Shown one piece after another: positions 8,720 to 18,100 of a DNA stretch of 64,000 nucleotides. Under the pieces are notes generated by a model. That model worked only from the letters and a program-made list of their open reading frames with translations. It was not told where the DNA came from and did not search any database. Location: contig JAVBSY010000004.1 of NCBI GenBank assembly GCA_031556475.1, positions 380 through 64,379 of the forward strand. Reading direction: 5' to 3'. Every line of letters begins with the position of its first letter. Within the stretch, counting starts at the first letter, position 1. The position numbers and the translations under genes are program-made. This stretch comes from Azoarcus sp. GTDB taxonomy: Bacteria; Pseudomonadota; Gammaproteobacteria; Burkholderiales; Rhodocyclaceae.

Positions 8720-9907
8720 TTATGCGGAACCCGCGCCATCGGGATCTTCAGGTGGTGGCGAGCCACGGGCCTTGCTGCGCATGACAGCGGACTGGCCTAA
8801 ATAAGCCCCCGACGCACGCAGGCGATGGTGCCCGGCCAGACGCGCCGTCGACAGCCGTGCAGCCGCATCCAGTTCCGGCGTGACCTCACCCCCTCGCACG
8901 GGCGGCGCAACCCCACCGGTCCGCTCCATGTAGTGATCGATCAAAGCCTCGTGGCGCAGACCGTGTGCCGTCACTCCCAGGCCTTTGCTCGTGATGCCGA
9001 AGCGCGCCAGCACATAGTCGAAGCGCCGCAGATTTTCCTTGAGGCGGCGGTGCGGATCGCCCAGGTGGGCGTCCGGTCCCTGTGCCACTGCACAGGCGAA
9101 CTGCATCGCCTCGATGCGCTGCGGCGAATCCAGCGGCACGAAGCGCGGCCTGCCGCCCTTGGCGCCGGCCTTGATCCAGACGTACTCGTCGGCTTGCCGC
9201 AGTTCGTCTGGCAGGTGCGTGGCTTCGAAAGCGACGACGCAGCAGTGGGGACGGAACATCACCGCTTCCTTGCGCCGCAGCCCCATCGCCCGGATCAGCC
9301 GCAGTGATGCACCCACGTAGCGGTCATATGCGCAGACCCGCTCGATCAAGGCGTCGATGTCGACGCCAGCGGCTGTCCAACTCTTGTCACGCTGTGCGTA
9401 CTCATGACGCTGATACTCGGCGGGTGACAACCCATAGTGATCTGGCTTGCGGATGAAGCCCGGCTTGCCCAGCCACAGTGCGAGCCCGCGCAGGAAGCTC
9501 AGGTAGGTCTGAATCGTCCCAGGCGCCAGCCGTTCCTTTTGCCACACCGCGACCATCGCCCGGACATGCCGATCACCCAGGTTGCGCGGGTCCGGCAGCG
9601 TCTTGAAGCCGGCCTTGAGACGCAGGTCACGAAAGAAGCGCCGCAGGAAGTGGGCGCGCTCGTGCCGCGTCTTGTGGGAGACGGTTTTCTCCAGCGCCGT
9701 GTGCTGGGCGTTGAACAGGCTGATCAGCAGATCTAGCACGCGCATGGGGTCGGCATGGCCGGGCCGAAGGCGCTCGAGAGCCTCGGCGGGCGACAGGGTT
9801 GCACGGTCCTGCTGTCGACGGGGTTGATGGTGGGCATCGCGCCGTGCGCCGAAGGAACCCTGGACGCGGCGGGGGGCGTGGTGTGTGTTGGAACTGGACA
9901 TGACCAT
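8720..9907 (-). CDS. Tyrosine recombinase, Integrase_1/Integrase_l_N-like family
   Basis: Catalytic R (MGLRRKEA), K (GAKGGRPR), HxLR (HGLRH), H (AGH) and Y (GAYLG) all present. The start may be 9901 (better RBS spacing). Confidence 0.88.
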   Translation of the reverse strand: MVMSSSNTHHAPRRVQGSFGARRDAHHQPRRQQDRATLSPAEALERLRPGHADPMRVLDLLISLFNAQHTALEKTVSHKTRHERAHFLRRFFRDLRLKAGFKTLPDPRNLGDRHVRAMVAVWQKERLAPGTIQTYLSFLRGLALWLGKPGFIRKPDHYGLSPAEYQRHEYAQRDKSWTAAGVDIDALIERVCAYDRYVGASLRLIRAMGLRRKEAVMFRPHCCVVAFEATHLPDELRQADEYVWIKAGAKGGRPRFVPLDSPQRIEAMQFACAVAQGPDAHLGDPHRRLKENLRRFDYVLARFGITSKGLGVTAHGLRHEALIDHYMERTGGVAPPVRGGEVTPELDAAARLSTARLAGHHRLRASGAYLGQSAVMRSKARGSPPPEDPDGAGSA

Positions 9908-11149
9908 TCTCCGGTGAAGGAGCCGTGTGCCGTCCCGGCGGCGCGCAGCACAGATGGGGTGGAATCCGTTGGCTCATCGCCGACGTGGATTCCGTTGCGC
10001 CGGCGATGCGTGGTCGAGTGCTTCGGCAAGACGCGCGACCACAAGCGCGCCTCGCCTACCCAGGGGTTTGCCGGCGTTGCGTGGGATGCACGTCTGCCGG
10101 CTCGGTCCGTCTTAAAAATGAATGTATTGATCCGTCCCGCTCTCGCATTTCGGCGTTCGTCGGGCGTTGGGACGCCACCCAGCCTCAAGGGACAGGGGCA
10201 GCATCGGCGCGAAGGTCGAGCCTTGCGCGCTTCTGGGGGATCAGTCCTCGATACGTAGCGTCATCCCCCTGCATGGGGCCGCCCCTTGACCGAAAAGTCC
10301 AGGGCAGTGCCAGGTCGCAAGCAATGGGTACACGGGGAGTCCAACGGGGGACCAGCACAGCCGTGTGTTGCGCGAGGTGCGCGTGCTCGCAAGGATGACG
10401 GGAACAGTGGCGCGGCATCGGGTGCCGGCCGCTTGAACAGCTCGAATACAGGGCGCGTTCTCGGGGAACGTCTGGCAGGAGACTGCCAGCAAGGCCATGC
10501 GTTGCTCTACGGGTTGAACTGCTTCGGGCACGGACTCAAGGAACCATGCCGAACCCGACTCACAGGTCGGGACTTGAAAATGCGGGTAACGACCGCTACG
10601 CCTTTTGCTCCGCGATGGAGCAGGCCAGGAGGCCTCGGGAGACTGTAGTTCACACCCACGGCGCGATGCCGTCAATGGCAAAGCGGCTGATGCCATCGCA
10701 TTGATGCCGAAAAGGCGGAGTTTGCGGATGGCGTTCGAAATCGCAACGCGGGTGACGAAAATCTCTCGAACGCACATGCCATCGAGGCGGCATGCGGGCT
10801 TGACAGCAATTTTCTTGGCCTCAGGTTTCCACCGTCAGGGTTTCGAGGCCCCTGGGCATGGCGCAGCCGCCTCGCCTCCGAATATGAGGTCTTGACCCGG
10901 GCAGATCCAGTGAGAGCGTAGTGCAACACGGAAACGCGTGGCGCCATGGGACTCGGCGTACTCGACCTGTACTGCGATTCAGCCCGCCTCGGGAGCGACC
11001 ACAGTGTGAGCAGATCGCGAGAACGAGGCTTTCCCGCGCGATTTCCGTGCGGAACTGGCCAAGGCAACTGTATGCATATGTGCTGCAGCTCCTCGTGCCG
11101 CTGGCACCATCGCCGGGGGACTCCAGCTTATTCGAACAGGAGGGTTTTT

Positions 11150-11635
11150 ATGAAAGACAGTCACTATCTGATCCATCACGGCTGGGTGGATGATGCCACG
11201 CACGACACGGCAGGCGGCCATCGGCTGCGCATCAGGCTGGCCGATGCACGCTTGATCGAAGTTGGGGTGGCGTCACCCATCGCCGCTCTGAAGCTCGCCG
11301 ACGAAGTGGGCTTGGTGGTAGCGAAAGACAATCCCGGGCATGCGCTGGTCCTGGTGGACTACACCACGTGCGAGGGACACAACTTCTTGAGCCCGCCAGA
11401 TCATTTCTGGCCGAATGCGGTCGACGCCGGGATCATCGTGCTGACGACGGCCCTGTTCGCCTGGACCCTGCATGACATAGCGCTGGTCGCCGTGCTGGCA
11501 TTCATCAGCCTCTATTGGCTTCTCACGCGCTGGCTGCCCGAGCGCAGGCAACGTCGCCGCGCAACGCACCTCGACTTGCTGCTTGACAGTGCCTATGCGA
11601 ACTGGCGCGTGCAGCGCCGTGAACTGCAGGGGTGA
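11150..11635 (+). CDS. Hypothetical membrane protein (beta-rich N-domain + 2 TM)
   Basis: GGAGG RBS before ATG 11150; two hydrophobic helices followed by a basic amphipathic tail. Confidence 0.7.
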   Translation: MKDSHYLIHHGWVDDATHDTAGGHRLRIRLADARLIEVGVASPIAALKLADEVGLVVAKDNPGHALVLVDYTTCEGHNFLSPPDHFWPNAVDAGIIVLTTALFAWTLHDIALVAVLAFISLYWLLTRWLPERRQRRRATHLDLLLDSAYANWRVQRRELQG

Positions 11636-11641
11636 ATCGAC

Positions 11642-11863
11642 ATGCTCAGGACAACTGAAGGTGCATTGCGCTTCACGGCACAGGAAATTGAGGAGTTCCG
11701 CTCGCTCGGCATCGATGTGACCCAGGTGCGGACTGAGGATGGATTTGCCCGCGCCCTCGGCGAGTGGCTCGAGATCCTGGCCGACGAGCGACCGGACCTG
11801 TTCGACAAGATTACCCAGGCCATGGTGGCGGATGACAGGGGGGCCGATGTCTCATCGTCATAG
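11642..11863 (+). CDS. Small acidic helical hypothetical protein
   Basis: 73 aa, tightly spaced in the operon, protein-like composition. Confidence 0.65.
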   Translation: MLRTTEGALRFTAQEIEEFRSLGIDVTQVRTEDGFARALGEWLEILADERPDLFDKITQAMVADDRGADVSSS

Positions 11864-11946
11864 CGATGGGCGACCGAGGCACGGGCTTGACTGGCAGGTC
11901 TCTTGTCCGACTCTGTCAGTACATCCCGTGCCCTGGAGCCTTGCCA

Positions 11947-12447
11947 ATGCCGAAGCTGCATGTCGTCCGCGGACGCCTCGTCGACCTGCGCCGTCACGTC
12001 AACGTCCATCTTGATCGCCGGAGTTCCTTCGCCCCGAGCGAGCGCTACGAACTGTGGATTCGTCCTGAGGATGGAAAAGAGCGGCAGTTCATCATCCATA
12101 CACGCACCATGCCGGTACGGCGCAGGCACCAAGTCAGCCTGATCGTCACCGAAGATGAGTCGCCGCAAGTCTGGGGATTGGTCAACCGGTCCGCCCACGG
12201 TGGCACCAACTACCTGCGCACCGATCCTCCGCCACTGCTCAGGCTGAAGGACGCCTTGGTCGTATCAGCGATAGGAGGGATGCTGATCTGGCGCTGGGGC
12301 TCCGTTGGAGCCGCGCTGTCCATCCCAGCAGCCCTGACCTATCTGTTGATGGCCGGACTCTGGCGTGCGCTAGTCCGGGCGCGTCGGGCTGCCACGGTAG
12401 ACGCTCAGATGGCGAAGGAAAAGCTGCAATCGGGGGTGGGAGAATGA
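11947..12447 (+). CDS. Hypothetical membrane protein, apparent paralog of 11150-11635
   Basis: Likely start ATG 11947 (MPKLHVVRG); same architecture of beta-rich domain, GxNY/FL motif, 2 TM and basic tail. Confidence 0.7.
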   Translation: MPKLHVVRGRLVDLRRHVNVHLDRRSSFAPSERYELWIRPEDGKERQFIIHTRTMPVRRRHQVSLIVTEDESPQVWGLVNRSAHGGTNYLRTDPPPLLRLKDALVVSAIGGMLIWRWGSVGAALSIPAALTYLLMAGLWRALVRARRAATVDAQMAKEKLQSGVGE

Positions 12448-12659
12448 TGAAGCCGATGCGCTGACAGTTGCCGATCAGCCAGGGACTGACAGGAAGTCCG
12501 ATGGTGGGCACGCCATCGGCTTGGCGCACTCGCCCGCATGACCTGACGCCTCGACTTCTTCGGCATGCAATCGTCGATGCTGCTGCACCACTGCGATCCG
12601 CCGGCGATCTCTGGCAATTGAGGGTCATGGGCGCGGAGCCACCTCGTGCCGCGCCCCAT

Positions 12660-12737
12660 TTCACCGCAAAAATCGCGGCGATTGGCTTGCTGATGCGGCG
12701 AATCAGATGTCTAATCTCCGCATGGATAGCGGAGAAA
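12660..12737. promoter_or_regulatory. Array of five GCGGNGA half-sites over the Fic gene start (putative autoregulatory operators)
   Basis: TTCACCGCA 12660, CGCGGCGATT 12674, TGCGGCGAAT 12694, AATCTCCGCA 12713, AGCGGAGAAA 12728. Confidence 0.5.
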
Positions 12738-13849
12738 ACCTCTACATCTGGCAGTCTGACGATTGGCCGCAGTGGCGTTATGACCTGCCAGCGCTGGCCC
12801 AGGCCCTGGCTGAGGTCAGTCGCGCCCAAGGCATGCTGCTGGGTCGTCTGGCCGACGTCGGACTAACGCTGCGTGACCAAGCCAGCCTCGCTACGCTGAC
12901 CGACGACGTGCTCAAGACCAGTGAAATCGAGGGTGAGGTGCTGAATGTGGCCTCGGTTCGCTCATCGATTGCTCGCCGCCTGGGCATGGACATCGGCGCA
13001 CTCGCGCCGGTGGACCGGCATGTCGAAGGTGTGGTCGAGATGGTGCTCGATGCCACCTCACGCAGCCGCGCCATTTTGACCATTGATCGGCTGTTCGGCT
13101 GGCACGCTGCACTGTTCCCGACAGGCTATTCCGGCTTATCCAGGATCACCGTGGGCCAGTGGCGCGACGATGCGACCGGCCCGATGCAAGTCGTTTCTGG
13201 CCCAGTGAACCGTCGCAAAGTGCACTTCCAGGCACCACCTGCAAACACACTGCCCGCCGAGATGGCGCGCTTCCTGGCATGGGCCAATCGAGACACAGGC
13301 GAGCCTGCACTCATCAAGGCTGGTCTGGCACACCTGTGGTTCGTGACCCTGCACCCGTTCGACGACGGCAACGGCCGCATCGCGCGTGCTGTGGGCGATC
13401 TGTTCCTTGCTCGCGCCGATGGTGCCGAGCAACGCTTCTACAGCCTGTCGGCGCAGATCCAACGCGAGCGCAAGAACTACTACGACATTCTCGAATGCAC
13501 GCAAAAAGGTTCTTTGGATGTCACGGATTGGCTGACCTGGTTCCTCGGTACGTTGGCCCGGGCCGTCGCCAGTTCGCAGGCCACGCTCGACGGCGTACTG
13601 GCCAAGGCGCGGTTCTGGCAGCGCTGGGCCGGTACGCCGATGAATGAGCGCCAGGTGAAACTGCTCAATCGCCTGCTCGATGGATTCGACGGCAAGCTCA
13701 CCAGCAGCAAGTGGGCGGCCATCGGCAAGTGCTCGCCGGATACCGCGCTGCGCGACATCAACCAGTTACTGGCGTTGGGGGTGTTGCAGAAGTCGCCTGG
13801 GGGGGGACGCAGTACGGGCTATGAACTAGAACTAGAAGAAAAGCCGTGA
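12707..13849 (+). CDS. Fic-family protein (DUF4172-Fic-HTH type)
   Basis: Canonical HPFDDGNGRIAR motif, N-terminal YIWQSDDWPQWRYD, C-terminal HTH CSPDTALRDI. The start could be 12722. Confidence 0.92.
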   Translation: MSNLRMDSGENLYIWQSDDWPQWRYDLPALAQALAEVSRAQGMLLGRLADVGLTLRDQASLATLTDDVLKTSEIEGEVLNVASVRSSIARRLGMDIGALAPVDRHVEGVVEMVLDATSRSRAILTIDRLFGWHAALFPTGYSGLSRITVGQWRDDATGPMQVVSGPVNRRKVHFQAPPANTLPAEMARFLAWANRDTGEPALIKAGLAHLWFVTLHPFDDGNGRIARAVGDLFLARADGAEQRFYSLSAQIQRERKNYYDILECTQKGSLDVTDWLTWFLGTLARAVASSQATLDGVLAKARFWQRWAGTPMNERQVKLLNRLLDGFDGKLTSSKWAAIGKCSPDTALRDINQLLALGVLQKSPGGGRSTGYELELEEKP

Positions 13850-14189
13850 ACTCTCCACTCTGGCTGGCGGAAAACACCACCAGCAGATCGGAGCGGGAAA
13901 GGGGTTTTCATGCCATAGCAACTCCGGCACGTTATCTGTCAGGACAGCAACAGCAGACACAACTCTTTCCGGAAGGTGCTGTGCTTGTCCTTCGCCTTGG
14001 CTATTTCCTTTTCGATATCGGCCAACCGCTGGTGCGCCTCACCACAAGATGCCACTCGACAAGAGTTTTTCCCGGTGAATCTGGCATGCTTATGCCTGTC
14101 CGCTCTATAGAATGCTGGGAAATTTCAATGCAATAACATCGGTTCCCGCAATGGGTACCCAATAGAAATAGGACATCCAGGGAGAAGGG

Positions 14190-15164
14190 ATGTACTGTCA
14201 CACAGGCTATCAGCAGTCACTGCCACTGACATGGTTGCAGGCCCCGTCTGAGCAGGATCGGATGGCGCTGCTGGAGTTCCTGCGAGGCGTTCTGTACGGT
14301 CTTTCAGCTTCCACCAAGGAGCATGGTACAGAGGTTCATGCCTCACGGGTCCGACATGCATTCGACAGACTCGGGGCACCTGCTTTGTACCGAGTGGGGT
14401 TGAAGTTGCTCAGTCTGTTGCGCGAGGCTGAAGCTCTATCAGGCGGCTATTGGGTGTCTGCCCCGTTCCGAGTGATTGAGATCGAAGGCCACGCGGTGTT
14501 CATCGGTGCGCTTCCCTCGGCATTTGGCTTCCTGGGCGATGTCACGAATGATGGCCTTTGTCGGTTACTCACCCCGGAGGTCGCCGCACGGTTTCCGCGT
14601 CAGGATATGGAAGCATGGATGGGTGTTCCGCCAGTCCCTGTCGGCTCACATGTCACCGCCTTTTTTCAACATCATCAACGTCAAGCGAGCCCTACGATTA
14701 GCCAAGCCGAGATCGAGTACCTGAGTTTTACGGGAGGTGCCGCTGTGCGTTCCGCGACGAGGCGGCGATTCCTCTGGGACTCTCATCCGGTGTCGCTTGC
14801 TGGCGAACCAATTGCGCTATGCAGGCAGAAACATTTCGGCATTTACCGCTACTTTTCCGCTGAACTCCGTTCAGGTCGGGTGATTTCCGAAGCCGCTATT
14901 GAGCAATCGATTCCACGGCTGCTGTTTGCGTTGGCCCATGATGCGGGCATGCCTGTGGTGATCGATATCCGCCATGGATCCGAAAGCGTCGAGGTGAGCA
15001 TCGCGGAACATCTGCCGATCGAAGAATACCGCCTCGCGCTACTGCTCTCTCGACGCATCGTCCGTCAAAGCAGTCGCCGGACCTTTCACCTTGCGCCACA
15101 ACTCGCGCCTGCGCTCATCGGGCGCCTGATGGAACTGGGATGTATCTTGGAAACTGACAAATGA
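14190..15164 (+). CDS. druD: Hypothetical protein, probable Druantia DruD
   Basis: 324 aa; stop overlaps the start of the DruE-like helicase (ATGA). Assigned by position and size. Confidence 0.55.
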   Translation: MYCHTGYQQSLPLTWLQAPSEQDRMALLEFLRGVLYGLSASTKEHGTEVHASRVRHAFDRLGAPALYRVGLKLLSLLREAEALSGGYWVSAPFRVIEIEGHAVFIGALPSAFGFLGDVTNDGLCRLLTPEVAARFPRQDMEAWMGVPPVPVGSHVTAFFQHHQRQASPTISQAEIEYLSFTGGAAVRSATRRRFLWDSHPVSLAGEPIALCRQKHFGIYRYFSAELRSGRVISEAAIEQSIPRLLFALAHDAGMPVVIDIRHGSESVEVSIAEHLPIEEYRLALLLSRRIVRQSSRRTFHLAPQLAPALIGRLMELGCILETDK

Positions 15165-18100
15165 TCCACCAAAGCTACTCGGTGCAGTCTGTTCACGAGG
15201 CACTGCTAGACACCTTCCATCAATACCTCAGAGCCCAGTACCACATCTGGGACGAGTGGCTGATCAGCGAACGCGACCACATCCTGAAAGAAGTCGGCAA
15301 CACGTATCAGGAGCCGCGGCTCGAAGCAACACCGCAATACGCCCAGGGTCTGGACTACTCGAAGCTAGATATTCCCGGCGAAGCCCAAGCGATCTTGGAG
15401 TACGCGGCGAAGGACTCGCGTACGGGGATTCCCAAAAGGGCATACGCCCACCAGTGCAAAGCGGTTGAGCATTTCCTGCGCGGGAAAGACTTGATCGTTG
15501 CCACGGGTACTGGCTCGGGCAAGACCGAGAGTTTTTTGATGCCGATTCTGTCCCGCTTGGCGATCGAGTCCGCCCAACGGCCAGCAAGTTGGAAGATGCC
15601 AGGGATACGTGCCCTACTGTTGTACCCCATGAATGCCTTGGTTAATGACCAGTTGGGGCGCCTGCGGCGGCTGTTTGGCAGCAATGTGGTCAAGCAAGCG
15701 CTACGGGGCGACAACGAGCGCCATGCGCGTTTCGGCATGTACACAAGCCGCTCGCCCTATCCAGGCAGTCGTAGCACGAAGAAAGACAAGGAGCGCGTGG
15801 AAGCAGAACTGACCCAACTCTACTTCGATGGTATGGCGGAAGAATATCGTGAGCGCCTACAAGTGGAAGGGAAGTGGCCTGCCAAAGACCTGGAGCGCTT
15901 CCTTACGAATCAGTTGAGAACCGATGCATCAGACGTCGAACTGATCACACGCCATGAGATGCAGGAAACCGCACCGGATCTGCTGGTCACCAACTACTCG
16001 ATGCTCGAATACATGATGCTTCGCCCGATCGAAGCACCCATTTTCGAGAAAACAGCCCAGTGGCTGATGGCGGATCCGACCAATGTCTTGACCGTCGTTC
16101 TTGACGAGGCGCACATGTATCGAGGCTCCGGCGGTGCGGAGGTGGCTTATTTGCTGCGCCGCCTTCAGTCACGCCTGGGTATCTCCCGCGAGCGCATTCG
16201 CTTCATTCTCACCAGCGCGAGCCTAGGTGCCTCGGAGCAGGCAAAAGCGGAGGTTAAGGAGTTTGCCGCAAAGCTGACTGGGGGAACTTCGGTCCAGTTT
16301 GAGTTGATTACTGGGGAACGCGATCCTCGGCCCGCAGGCGCCAAGGCGGATGCGAAGACTCAAAGAGCCCTCGCGCAATTCGATTACGCGCCATTGGTGG
16401 ATCTGACGGGCGATGTCACCAAGGCGAAGACCGCGCTCACGACGCTTGCGCAGACCTTGCAGGTCCGACTGGATGCTCCTCGCCCTCAGCGCGAGGATTT
16501 GCAGCAATTCGTATTCGATCTTCTTGAGAAACTTCCCGTCGCCTCTCTAGTTGCACAACGACTTACTGAATCGCCCGCCACGCTGAAGGCTTGCGGCGAG
16601 TTGGCGTTCCTCAACACAGAAGGCCGAGAAACAGCCTTGGAGGCTCTTCTGGCCCTTATGGCTTTCGCGAAAGATCAACAAAAAGGCCGCCCCTTCTGTC
16701 CGATTCGTTCGCACCTGTTCTTTCGCGGCCTGCCCGGACTGTATGTCTGCACCAATATCGAGTGCGGAACCCATGACCCGGCAAAGCCCAAACTACTCGG
16801 GCGGATGCATCCCACGGAGCGCTTGCAATGCGACTGTGGTGCGCGGGTCTATGAACTACTGACGCATCGGTCGTGCGGTGCCGCTTATTTGCGTGCTTAC
16901 ATGCGGCCAGGGGACGAGTTTCTTTGGCACCAACCTTCTAATGGTGCCTGGACGGATACCCAATTGCTAGAGGCGCAGTTCTATGTGCTTCCGGAATCCG
17001 AGATCGAATCGACATCGGGCTGCGTGGTTTGGTTGCATACGCGAACAGGTCGGTTGGTGGCACAGAAACCGGCAGGCGCTGAAAGAGGCGATTACCTCGC
17101 CCTCTTGCGTCCGGATACACCCACACGGGAACGTGGCAGAACCGTCATGAGTCTGGGAGGCGACTGTCCGGCCTGTGGCCAACGGACCAGACCGGAAGCA
17201 CCGCTGGCCATGGACTTGGCGACCAAGGGCGAAGCACCATTCGCTCACCTCATCAGGGCGCAGATCGCCAACCAGCCTGTCACCAAGATGCCTACCGCAC
17301 AGGCACCCAATGGAGGACGCAAAACCATCGTGTTCTCGGACGGTCGTCAGAAGGCAGCGCGCTTGGCGCGGGATATTCCCAGAGAGATCGAACTCGATGT
17401 ATTTCGGCAGACCTTGTTCATGGCGGCCCAGGCGCTCCAGGACATTGGCAAAGAGCCGCGCTTGAACGAACACCTGTATGTGGCGTTCTTGAAATGTCTG
17501 GACGAGCACCATCTGCGCTTTTTCGATGGAGACGACCGCCACCGTGTCGAAGAGCATCTACGGGACTTTCAGAATTTCCACACCAGCGACTTAGCGTCTG
17601 CACTGGATGATCCGCAAAGCCCACCACCGAGTTTCTGGGCCATCCTCCTCAAACAGTTGGGTACGCCTTTCTATTCGATCAGTGCGCTGAGCTTGGGTTA
17701 TGCCGCTCCCAGCAAAAACGCTCGTGCCAGGCTTCATGCAGAGTTCAAGGCCTTGCCACCCGAGGCCGTCGATGCAATGGCCGTGGCTTGGATTCAGCGG
17801 CTCTTGGCACGCTTCGCCTTTGGTAGAGACCTTGCTGAAGGGGTGCGGGCACAGGCTTCGCGCTATCCCCTGAGGCCAATGGCGGCCAAGGATGGGTTTT
17901 CCAAGGAGCAACGGACCTTCCTCGCCACCCAAGGCGTCAATGTCGATGCCTTGACCGAATGCCTGGCACACAATCTCTGCGAGGTGAAGCCAGATGGTTC
18001 GGTGTATTTGCGACCATCGCATGTGATTCTGCGTGCCGCTTTGAACGCACGCTGGGTTCAATGCGAGCATTGCAAGACCATTTCTGCGCTGCCGATCCTC

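Noticed and set aside
8720-9907. This integrase as the yicC island integrase
   Set aside because: Far from the att site and not P4-like; the cognate integrase is expected near attL, outside the window.
9733-11067. Multiple overlapping ORFs in the integrase upstream region
   Set aside because: Arg/Ala/Pro-rich, mutually overlapping, no domain motifs; treated as non-coding.
13846-14136. 96-aa ORF between Fic and druD (and a start-less coiled-coil-like frame on -)
   Set aside because: No recognisable motif or RBS; more likely promoter or decayed DNA. Cannot be excluded without ribosome profiling.
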